From Thermoplasmatota archaeon (GTDB lineage: Archaea; Thermoplasmatota; Penumbrarchaeia; Penumbrarchaeales; Penumbrarchaeaceae): a DNA stretch of 64,000 nucleotides. Below are positions 39,588-47,860 of this stretch, piece by piece. The stretch is from contig JBLIRK010000002.1 of assembly GCA_048569615.1 (NCBI GenBank), positions 8,390-72,389 on the forward strand, written 5' to 3'. Each line of letters starts with the position of its first letter. Position 1 is the first letter of the stretch. Made by a program: the position numbers and the translations under genes. The notes beneath the pieces are model-generated. The model did no database searches, was not told where the DNA came from, and was given only the letters and a program-made list of their open reading frames with translations.

Positions 39588-41441
39588 TTGAAGGTCAAGG
39601 GGATCTGCTGTCTTTTCATCATTGCAGCCATTTTTCTATGGCCGGATATCATTGGCGGCCAGTGCACAACACCTGAGGAGCCGAACTATTGGGAGACACG
39701 GATCCACATGAATGTCAGCTCCATCGTGGATGAGGATTACATCATCAATGAAACCGTCATCGTGGATGCTGACCTAAGTATAGAGAACTCTACAATCCTC
39801 TTCTCCGGAAGCGGCATGGTGATCTCCGAGAATGCAACTTTGAGGGTTTCCAACTCCACCTTCGGAACGATCGGCGGCAATCCGGGCTATTACATAGACC
39901 TTCTGGGTGATGCTTTCTTAAAGAATTCTTGGTTTGAGAACTGTATCGATGGGGAGAATTCCTTTTTCGGCCTCTACGTCGAAGGCTCAAGGCTCGAAGC
40001 GGAGAATATCGAGATGGTAAATTCAGGGATGATCAGAAACGACAGGGGATCCGTCAACTTGACCGGTTCTTCCATCAACGGCTTGCTTTCATACTCAGGG
40101 AACATATCCCTGATCGGAACCGACGTCACAAGGAGCGGAATTTCGCAGATAGGTCCGGGAAAGGTGGTGGTAAAGGATGTAAATATCTTTACCAGCATGC
40201 CCTTCACCAGCACGGCCGGCATTTTCTGCATGGACTCGGATGAGCTGAACGTGCATGGTGCCAGGATCAACGGAACATATAACGGCGGGATATCGTCCGT
40301 CAGGTCGAAGACAGAGATCATCGACTCCGTGATCCGGCTCGAGAATGGAACCATTGGTTTGGAATTGAACGATCTGGAGATATCCGGTCTGAGAAATATC
40401 TCGTCTTCAGGGACCGAAATGGGTATCTATCTTCACAACTGCAGTGTTAGGGAAAGAATCGAGAACCTGCATATTGACTGCACTGAAAGAGGAATGGACC
40501 TGATGGGCAACAATCCCCTAGAACTGATCAACATTTCGATCCACAACGCAAATCAGGGAATGTACGTTAGGTCTCCGGCATCCATCTTGGAATCCAAGTT
40601 CGAGGATACAAGGGTGGGGCTTATCATTGAGGATGACTCGGTTGTCGAACTGGATGGATGCGACTTCACGGGTTACGGCCTGTGGGCGATAGAGGATGAA
40701 ACCTGGACGGATAGAGCATGGCCAGGCAACATATTTAATCCCGGCCCCAATGGCTTAGGGGCCGTTGCATGGTGGGGATGGACGGATATCGGGATCTTTG
40801 ATGAAGAAGGACTTGGGATCCAGGATTCTGAGATCTTCATCAGCACCCCGTTCGGAACAAGCTTCCAGGCTTACTCCCAGGAAGTTGGTCTGGTATGGGG
40901 ATATATGAACGAGGGTGCAACTGTCAACGATCTCGAATACTTGATATCAGCAAGATGGGGAACCGCGAGGTCCAGCATCACATTTTCCCCGGGTGAGGGG
41001 AAGACAGCGCGCCTTGAACTTCCGATGACCGACCTCTGGGTCCGCAACCTTCGATTCCGGAATAATACGGGGATAACTACTCTTACGAGCAACGGTTCTG
41101 GAGCAAAGGATATCGAGGTAACGCTCTATGTTGATGGTATCGAATGGAGCACCTACCGGACCGAACTGGAAGCGGGGGAGACCATCGATGTTGCCATTCC
41201 GCTTCCCAACCTCCGGCCAGGATCGTACCACATCGAAGTATGGGCAAACTCCAGGGATGAGTTCAAGGGTGCAGGAGGCATCTATATCCAGAACAATTAC
41301 GCTGAAGGGGGCCTCGACCTGAATGAAGAGAAAGATAAAAAAGAGATCAAGGATTCCGGGGCAACACTGGTTCTTTTACTGGTCCTGACATTCATCTCCT
41401 TCCTGATGCTCCTTGTTCCGATATTATTGAAGAGGAAATGA
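39588..41441 (+). CDS. secreted beta-helix (NosD/pectin-lyase-fold) protein with a CARDB-like domain and a C-terminal TM anchor
   Basis: Signal peptide MKVKGICCLFIIAAIFLWPDIIGG. Repetitive parallel beta-helix signatures with many N-x-S/T sequons. CARDB-like ..IEVTLYVDGIEWSTYRTELEAGETIDVAIPLPNLRPGSYHIEVWA.. C-terminal TM LVLLLVLTFISFLMLLVPILL-KRK. Lies 12 nt after the 945-aa gene. Confidence 0.75.
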   Translation: MKVKGICCLFIIAAIFLWPDIIGGQCTTPEEPNYWETRIHMNVSSIVDEDYIINETVIVDADLSIENSTILFSGSGMVISENATLRVSNSTFGTIGGNPGYYIDLLGDAFLKNSWFENCIDGENSFFGLYVEGSRLEAENIEMVNSGMIRNDRGSVNLTGSSINGLLSYSGNISLIGTDVTRSGISQIGPGKVVVKDVNIFTSMPFTSTAGIFCMDSDELNVHGARINGTYNGGISSVRSKTEIIDSVIRLENGTIGLELNDLEISGLRNISSSGTEMGIYLHNCSVRERIENLHIDCTERGMDLMGNNPLELINISIHNANQGMYVRSPASILESKFEDTRVGLIIEDDSVVELDGCDFTGYGLWAIEDETWTDRAWPGNIFNPGPNGLGAVAWWGWTDIGIFDEEGLGIQDSEIFISTPFGTSFQAYSQEVGLVWGYMNEGATVNDLEYLISARWGTARSSITFSPGEGKTARLELPMTDLWVRNLRFRNNTGITTLTSNGSGAKDIEVTLYVDGIEWSTYRTELEAGETIDVAIPLPNLRPGSYHIEVWANSRDEFKGAGGIYIQNNYAEGGLDLNEEKDKKEIKDSGATLVLLLVLTFISFLMLLVPILLKRK

Positions 41442-41466
41442 CGGGATATGCGGATTTTCCAAATGC

Positions 41467-41480
41467 TTAATATTTAATAT
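41467..41480 (+). promoter_or_regulatory. TATA-box-like element for the stand-alone atpB gene
   Basis: TTAATATTTAATAT centred ~28 nt upstream of the atpB ATG (41502), consistent with a leaderless archaeal promoter. Sequence-only call. Confidence 0.4.
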
Positions 41481-41501
41481 CTCCGCACTCTTCCCCCGTT
41501 C

Positions 41502-42911
41502 ATGTCCAAGACCGTAAGCAAGGAAATCGAGTACTCAACGGTCACCGAGGTGTCGGGTCCCCTGATGGTAGTGGAAGAGATCGAGGGGGCTTCGTACGGC
41601 GAGGTTGTGAAGATAAGGTCCCCGGACGGCAGCATGAGGCTGGGGCAGGTATTGGAAGCAAGGACCTCAGTGGCAGTGGTTCAGGTCTTTGAGGGCACAA
41701 AGGGGATTGACACTAAGTCAACATCGGTGAGGTTCACCGGCGAAACCATGAAGATACCAGTTTCACCCGACATGCTTGGAAGGGTGTTTTCGGGCACTGG
41801 AAAGCCCATCGATGACGGACCTGCGATCATTCCCGATGACAGGAAGGATATCAACGGGGAGCCTATCAATCCCACCGCCAGGGAATATCCCAAAGAGTTC
41901 ATTCAGACAGGAATATCGACCATTGACGGCATGAACACGCTGGTCAGAGGCCAAAAGCTCCCCATCTTCTCAGCATCGGGTCTGCCCCACAACGAACTGG
42001 CGGCGCAGATCGCCAGACAGGCAAAGGTTCTCGGTACGGGAGAGGAGTTCGCAGTAATTTTCTGCGCCATGGGAATCACATCTGAGGAAGCTAACTTCTT
42101 CATAAGGTCCTTCGAACAATCCGGGGCGCTGGAAAGGTCCGTTCTCTTCCTCAACCTCGCCGACGATCCTGCCATAGAGAGGATCATCATTCCAAGGATG
42201 GCGCTTACGACGGCAGAGTACTTGGCCTTCGAGAAGGACATGCATATACTGGTCATCCTTACGGATATGACCAACTACTGCGAAGCCTTGAGGGAGATCG
42301 CCGCCGCAAGGGAGGAGGTTCCGGGCAGAAGGGGATATCCCGGATATATGTACACCGATCTCTCCCAGATCTATGAAAGGGCGGGAAGGATACACAACAA
42401 GAAGGGGTCCATTACCCAGATACCGATCCTAACAATGCCGGATGACGATATAACACACCCGATCCCCGATCTCACCGGATACATAACGGAAGGACAGATC
42501 GTGCTGTCAAGGGACCTGCACAGAAAATCTGTGAGACCACCGATCAATCCCCTGCCGTGCCTTTCAAGATTGATGAAGCAGGGTATCGGAAAGGGAAGGA
42601 CCAGGGAGGACCACGACCAGGTCTCCAACCAGCTCTACGCCGCCTATGCCGAGGGGGTGAACCTCCGTGACCTGGTAGCTGTTGTGGGTGAAGAGGCGCT
42701 GACCGAGAGAGACCGCTCCTACCTTAGATTCTCCGATGTTTTCGAAAAGGACTACATAACACAGGGATCGGAGGAGGACAGGACCATCGGGGACACCCTC
42801 TCGCTGGGATGGAAGCTCCTGATGACGGTCCCAAAGGACGAATTGAAGAGGATCGACGAGCAGTACATAATCAAGTACTATCCCAGACGAACGGTTTTGG
42901 TCCCAAGTTAA
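41502..42911 (+). CDS. atpB: A-type ATP synthase regulatory subunit B
   Basis: 469 aa with a typical A/V-type B-subunit sequence. ATG confirmed at 41502. Confidence 0.95.
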   Translation: MSKTVSKEIEYSTVTEVSGPLMVVEEIEGASYGEVVKIRSPDGSMRLGQVLEARTSVAVVQVFEGTKGIDTKSTSVRFTGETMKIPVSPDMLGRVFSGTGKPIDDGPAIIPDDRKDINGEPINPTAREYPKEFIQTGISTIDGMNTLVRGQKLPIFSASGLPHNELAAQIARQAKVLGTGEEFAVIFCAMGITSEEANFFIRSFEQSGALERSVLFLNLADDPAIERIIIPRMALTTAEYLAFEKDMHILVILTDMTNYCEALREIAAAREEVPGRRGYPGYMYTDLSQIYERAGRIHNKKGSITQIPILTMPDDDITHPIPDLTGYITEGQIVLSRDLHRKSVRPPINPLPCLSRLMKQGIGKGRTREDHDQVSNQLYAAYAEGVNLRDLVAVVGEEALTERDRSYLRFSDVFEKDYITQGSEEDRTIGDTLSLGWKLLMTVPKDELKRIDEQYIIKYYPRRTVLVPS

Positions 42912-43011
42912 GTAGAAGTTAGACGATTACCATGGGATGGGTAAAGGATCTTCCGATGGATGGCAGGGCTTAAGGATAATCGAGGAGGGATCCATCGGAC
43001 CCGGGATCGAT

Positions 43012-43845
43012 ATGGAGTCGATAACCGGCTCCATGATAAAAGGCAGCGCACTTGAAGTTCTATCAAAGATCAAAACCTCCTCTATTGACATGGTATTCCT
43101 GGACCCTCCATATTTCCTTCAGCTCCCGAGAAAGGACCTCATAAGATGGAATCAGAACAATGTTGTGGTGGCGGTCAGGGACAGCTGGGACAGCTTCACA
43201 TCCTTCGAGGAGTATGATGAATTCATCCAAAGAACTCTCAAGGAAGTGAAGAGGATACTCAAACCCTCCGGAACCCTCTGGGTCATATCCACGTACCACT
43301 CCCTCTTCCGGATCGGCAAGGCCATGCAGGACCTGGGCTTCTGGATACTGAACGATATTCACTGGGTGAAAACAAATCCAATGCCCAACTGGCTCGGGGT
43401 AAGGTTCACAAACGCAACGGAAACCCTCCTCTGGGCATTAAGGGACAAGGACGGAAAGGGCTATACCTTCAATAGGGATGCCGCAAAGGAGCTGGGTGTG
43501 GGAAAGGTTGGAGCGAACATCTGGGTGCTCCCAATCTGCACGGGTAATGAGCGGTTGAAGGGGAGCGATGGCAAGAGACTCCATTCAACCCAGAAACCCA
43601 TCGAACTCCTCCGGAGGGTGATCCTTACTTCTACCAGCGAGGGTGATATCGTTCTCGATCCGTTCGCAGGGACGGGAACCACGGGATATGCTGCAGCTGC
43701 CCTCGGGAGGAGGTTCGTTATGGTGGAACTGGATGGCAACTATGTTAAAGGTGCAATGGAGCGATTCTCAAAACCTCCGATAGTCAGGACATATCAAAAT
43801 GAGGATCTCATCCGGATAGAAGACCCCAATGATATCGATCGGTAA
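43012..43845 (+). CDS. beta-class N6-adenine DNA methyltransferase of the CcrM/HinfI family; no restriction partner visible
   Basis: Motif IV ..SIDMVFLDPPYFLQL.. near the N-terminus and motif I ..FAGTGTTGYAA.. near the C-terminus (beta-class order). Extensive identity to CcrM blocks (WVISTYHSLFRIGKAMQDLGFWILNDIHWVKTNPMPNWLGVRFTNATETLLWA). ATG at 43012; the track ORF starts at 42937. Confidence 0.85.
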   Translation: MESITGSMIKGSALEVLSKIKTSSIDMVFLDPPYFLQLPRKDLIRWNQNNVVVAVRDSWDSFTSFEEYDEFIQRTLKEVKRILKPSGTLWVISTYHSLFRIGKAMQDLGFWILNDIHWVKTNPMPNWLGVRFTNATETLLWALRDKDGKGYTFNRDAAKELGVGKVGANIWVLPICTGNERLKGSDGKRLHSTQKPIELLRRVILTSTSEGDIVLDPFAGTGTTGYAAAALGRRFVMVELDGNYVKGAMERFSKPPIVRTYQNEDLIRIEDPNDIDR

Positions 43846-43862
43846 ACAACCGCCCCTTTCTT

Positions 43863-46800
43863 TTATCTTGGAGGGGGAAGCGGGGGCTGGACCGGCGGCC
43901 TGCGGGGCGGAAGCTGGCCTGGCATAACTCCCGGCGACATCTGGCCGGAAGCTGTCATGTTCTGCTGGTATGCGCCCGGAAATGTACCTCGATAATCACT
44001 CTGTCCGATTTCAGCAACTTCCTCCTGCTTTCTCCTGCGTAATATAAAAAAACCTCCGATGAAGACTATGACGGCAATAATCAAACCCCCCGAACCGACC
44101 AAGAGGAGCAGAACAGCAGTTGAAAGCCCATTTTCTTGCTTTTCACCATCGTCAACCTCCAGCTGCTTAATGACCAGTTTCATCTCCCTGAATCCGGAGC
44201 TTGAATCGTCATCCACGACTTCCAGTGTGACGGTGTATTCTCCGGGGCTGGAGAATGCATGCTCCACCATCATGCCTTCGTCCGTGGAGCCGTCGCCGAA
44301 ATCCCAGTAGAATTTGAGGTAGGGTCGATCCGAAGGATTATCGGTGGAATTGGAGGCGTCGAAGGACACTTTCTCTCCTTGGTACGCTTCATCAGACGAT
44401 GCATAGAAATGAGCAGTGGGGACCGGATTGTTCACGGTGATCGAGGAGGTTACGGTGGTCGTATCATCTCCATCCGACAGGAGCAGCGACACATCGTACC
44501 TTCCTTTCCTTCTGTAGGTGTGGTTGAATCTCATACCGCTAACCTTCTGGGAGCCGTCACCGGGATCCCAAAGAGCTGTTATGTTAGGAGTGTCGAAACG
44601 TGAATCCTTGATCGATGAGGCTGAGAGCATCACTGTCTCATCCTCATCCACGGACCTCGCGCTCATCGATATCTCGCCACGGGGTGCGACGTTTGCAATG
44701 TAGATCGTGATGGAGTTAGAATCCCTTGCCCCGTCGTCATCTTCCACTGTGACCGTGATATCGTAGTACCCGCTCTTCGGATAGCTCAGCTGCAACCCGC
44801 TCACGGTCTTATATGTCCTTCCGTCGCCGGTATCGACGTAGAATGATAGACTCTCTTCATCCGAAGGATTGTCCTTTGCAGAGAATTCGAGGTTGAACTC
44901 CTCATCCTCCACGAGATCGAGGACCTGGGAGATCTCCCCCATTTCCGGAAGTGGATTCTCGACCTTGACCGTGATGGTACTGTTAGACTCGGCATTGTCG
45001 TCATCCCTTACGCTGCATCTTACCAGGTAGCTGCCGTTTCTCTTGTATACATGGGTCTGATCGAGGGTTTCCTGCCACTGGGTGTAATGGTTATCCCCGA
45101 AATCCCATCTGAACTCCAGCGTCCCCATGTCCGATCTGGTATCCTGTGCCGTGAAGATATCATCCAGTTCCAGCAACTGGTCCTCCTGCATTATGATGCC
45201 GGGAGCCTTGGGATCGGTTAGAACAAGGGACGGAACCTTGTTTATGACGGTTACGTTCCCGGTTATGGTGCCGGTCCCTCCTAGCTCGTCCCTGACCAAT
45301 GCAGTGATCGGATAGATCCCGTTGTCCGGGTAGGAATGGACGATTTCTCCCACCGAGGTCCATGCACCGACAGGAGAGCCGTCGCCGAAATCCCATTTTA
45401 TCTGCATATCCGAGATGTCCGAAGGAGTATCGAATACGTGGGGGGTGAACCATACGTTCTGGTCCTCATAGAAGATGGTGTCATTCCCGTCCGTGGGCCC
45501 TACCCATCCCCAGGGTTCCACGTTGGAAACTTCGATAAAGGCACTCTTCGACATCTCATCCGTGCCATCATCAGCCACTATCTTGATCTGGTACTTCCCC
45601 GGGGCTGTATACACATGGGATGCCGATAGCGGACCCGTCCCTGTGGACAGGGAGGTGTCTCCCCAATCCACTTCCCAGCTGATGTTTGCCAGGTCCGATG
45701 GAGAGTCCGTTATGATATTCTCCAGGAACAATGGAGAGTCCATTCTTGCTATCCTGTCATTGAGGTTTATAACAGGCTTGGAATTGATCACATTGACGCC
45801 TATGGGATAGAGATCCCTGGCCAGGTTGTTTCCGTCCACAACCCTGGCTCGGACATGGAAGAAACCGTCATGATGGACCGGGATATTGATGCGATCTGTC
45901 GCGCCCGTATCGACATCGAACCAGTTATCCGCCTCGAGATCCCAAAGATAATTGGATATGTACGAATCCTGCGAAGAAGCTGTCACCGACAGGCTGAAAG
46001 TAGTGTCCTCAAGTATTGTCGAAGGGAGCGAGTAGGAACCAACCATCGGTCCTACGCCATTCCGCCGGTGAATGGTAGTGAATTCGTCCGCATTGGCGGT
46101 ATCATACTGGATCAGCCCGTCGGGCCAGATGATCTCAACACCCAGCGGACCGCTGTAGGAGCCCAGACCGAAATGAAGGACGTTCGACTCCTGGTGAGCA
46201 TGTCCCGTTCCGGCTCTGACCTCCCTTACAAGCTGGATGTCATCTCCGCCGCTCCGGTATCTCAAAGTGACCCTGGCTCCCACGGCATCCAGGTTCTTTC
46301 CTGTCCCGTTGAGCCTGACCTCGAGGAAATGGTTCCCGCCGGTTCCCTGGTTCTGATACAACCTTACCCTGTAATCCTGCCACTGCGAGCCGTCCCACCT
46401 ATCGGCTCCCCCTGTAACAAGGTCCAGGTCGCCGTCGTTGTCGTAATCCACCCACAGGTTCGCATAGGTATTGGCGCCCTCTATTCCGAGAGAACTCGTG
46501 ACATCGGTGAAGGTCGTCCCGTCCGGAATGGAAGGATCCGCCACCCTACCGTTATTCCTGTAGAGATGAGGCGTCGTGTAGCGAAGGTCTCCGTAGACCT
46601 GAGGAATGTAGATGTCCTCCCATCCGTCGTTGTCGTAATCGCCGATCGTCACTCCGGAGAATGTCTGGTCTCCCTGGTATATACCCTGACCACCTATGGG
46701 CCATTTAGGAATGCCCGAACTGTTCCGATAGTCCGTAAAAGTATAGTAGGGGGCGCCGTCGTTGATATAAAGGTTCCCGTCATCGCAGATGTATCCCCTG

Positions 46801-47783
46801 ATGTCGTAATATGATGACCCTATGTAACCCACATATTTATGCACGAAATCCGACGTCCACAGGTCCAGGTTTCCATCCCTGTTGAAATCCGCCCACGAGG
46901 AGCCTATGGTATGGCCCCACATTGGGCCCCACAATGACTGCCCGTAGATGCTGCCGGCGGTGGCATCGTAGTACCATGTCGGATCGTAGGTCCCCGAACA
47001 GTTGCGCTGCTGCCCAACCTCGTCCATCGTTCCGTCCCGCCGGTTCTCGAAGAGATGGTTCTCCCTTATCCTGTAATGGGAGACATACGCATCCGGCCAA
47101 CGGTCGTTGTTGTAATCTCCCCATGTGGCCCCCCTGGAGTAAAAATCCTCTCCGGTGTCTATCCCCACGGATGATGTGATATCGGTCAGGGATGCACCAT
47201 TATCATTCCGGAGGAAGAAATCTGAGTAGTAGATGGGATTGCCGTCGTTCCAGTCCTCACCGTTTCCCACGTAGATGTCCAGATCGCCGTCCTCGTCGAA
47301 GTCGGCCCAGGCATTGCCCGTATTGGGTCCCAGATTCTGCCAATTGCCGAAGATCGATCTTGAGACGTCGGTCAGATTGTAGAGCGGGGCTCCCCGATTC
47401 TCCCAGAACCTGTCGGCAGTATCCTTCCTGCATCCCTGATAGAGGTCGAGGTCCCCGTCTCCGTCCCAGTCCGCCCATACGCCGTTGCTGGACCCCGAAA
47501 CCGAGGAATCGAAGATATCCGACCTGTAGTTGAAGCTCCAGTCCGGCGGTCCGCTGTTCTCGAACAGTCTGTACCCGTTGAAGAGCAGGTCAGTATAGCC
47601 GTCGTTGTTCCAGTCCCCTGCGGATATGAAGGTCGGGGCGGAAAGCTGATCGAACTTATCCTCGGCAACGTCGACGAATGTTGTGTCCCTGGAAGGTTCA
47701 CTCTCCGCTGATTCATTATCCTGGACGAAAAAAAAACCTGCGACCATCATGATCCCGGCAAGTACAAGAGGAACAGTCTTCAT
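43863..47783 (-). CDS. giant surface protein: FG-GAP/VCBS beta-propeller and ASPIC/UnbV domain (CRTAC1-like N-terminus), at least 5 PKD domains, TM anchor and a Pro-rich cytoplasmic tail
   Basis: Signal/TM MKTVPLVLAGIMMVAGFFFV. Repeated DWNNDGYTDL / DWDGDGDLDLY / DFDEDGDLDIYVGN / DYDNDGDLDLVTGG motifs. ASPIC-like ..RVTLRYRSGGDDIQLVREVRAGTGHAHQESNVLHFGLG.. The WDFGDGS signature occurs 5 times. C-terminal TM and ..QLPPRRPPVQPPLPPPR. ATG confirmed at 47783; the track ORF extends to 47978. Confidence 0.85.
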   Translation of the reverse strand: MKTVPLVLAGIMMVAGFFFVQDNESAESEPSRDTTFVDVAEDKFDQLSAPTFISAGDWNNDGYTDLLFNGYRLFENSGPPDWSFNYRSDIFDSSVSGSSNGVWADWDGDGDLDLYQGCRKDTADRFWENRGAPLYNLTDVSRSIFGNWQNLGPNTGNAWADFDEDGDLDIYVGNGEDWNDGNPIYYSDFFLRNDNGASLTDITSSVGIDTGEDFYSRGATWGDYNNDRWPDAYVSHYRIRENHLFENRRDGTMDEVGQQRNCSGTYDPTWYYDATAGSIYGQSLWGPMWGHTIGSSWADFNRDGNLDLWTSDFVHKYVGYIGSSYYDIRGYICDDGNLYINDGAPYYTFTDYRNSSGIPKWPIGGQGIYQGDQTFSGVTIGDYDNDGWEDIYIPQVYGDLRYTTPHLYRNNGRVADPSIPDGTTFTDVTSSLGIEGANTYANLWVDYDNDGDLDLVTGGADRWDGSQWQDYRVRLYQNQGTGGNHFLEVRLNGTGKNLDAVGARVTLRYRSGGDDIQLVREVRAGTGHAHQESNVLHFGLGSYSGPLGVEIIWPDGLIQYDTANADEFTTIHRRNGVGPMVGSYSLPSTILEDTTFSLSVTASSQDSYISNYLWDLEADNWFDVDTGATDRINIPVHHDGFFHVRARVVDGNNLARDLYPIGVNVINSKPVINLNDRIARMDSPLFLENIITDSPSDLANISWEVDWGDTSLSTGTGPLSASHVYTAPGKYQIKIVADDGTDEMSKSAFIEVSNVEPWGWVGPTDGNDTIFYEDQNVWFTPHVFDTPSDISDMQIKWDFGDGSPVGAWTSVGEIVHSYPDNGIYPITALVRDELGGTGTITGNVTVINKVPSLVLTDPKAPGIIMQEDQLLELDDIFTAQDTRSDMGTLEFRWDFGDNHYTQWQETLDQTHVYKRNGSYLVRCSVRDDDNAESNSTITVKVENPLPEMGEISQVLDLVEDEEFNLEFSAKDNPSDEESLSFYVDTGDGRTYKTVSGLQLSYPKSGYYDITVTVEDDDGARDSNSITIYIANVAPRGEISMSARSVDEDETVMLSASSIKDSRFDTPNITALWDPGDGSQKVSGMRFNHTYRRKGRYDVSLLLSDGDDTTTVTSSITVNNPVPTAHFYASSDEAYQGEKVSFDASNSTDNPSDRPYLKFYWDFGDGSTDEGMMVEHAFSSPGEYTVTLEVVDDDSSSGFREMKLVIKQLEVDDGEKQENGLSTAVLLLLVGSGGLIIAVIVFIGGFFILRRRKQEEVAEIGQSDYRGTFPGAYQQNMTASGQMSPGVMPGQLPPRRPPVQPPLPPPR

Positions 47784-47860
47784 AAGACCACGGGGACACA
47801 TTGCAATGGCAGGGATATATATGATACGGTCCAGGGATGCACCGGCGTTTGAAAGAATGC

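Noticed and set aside
45855-46814. 319-aa plus-strand ORF
   Set aside because: Embedded antisense within the FG-GAP/PKD gene (43863..47783), which has strong repeated domain motifs. Shadow ORF.
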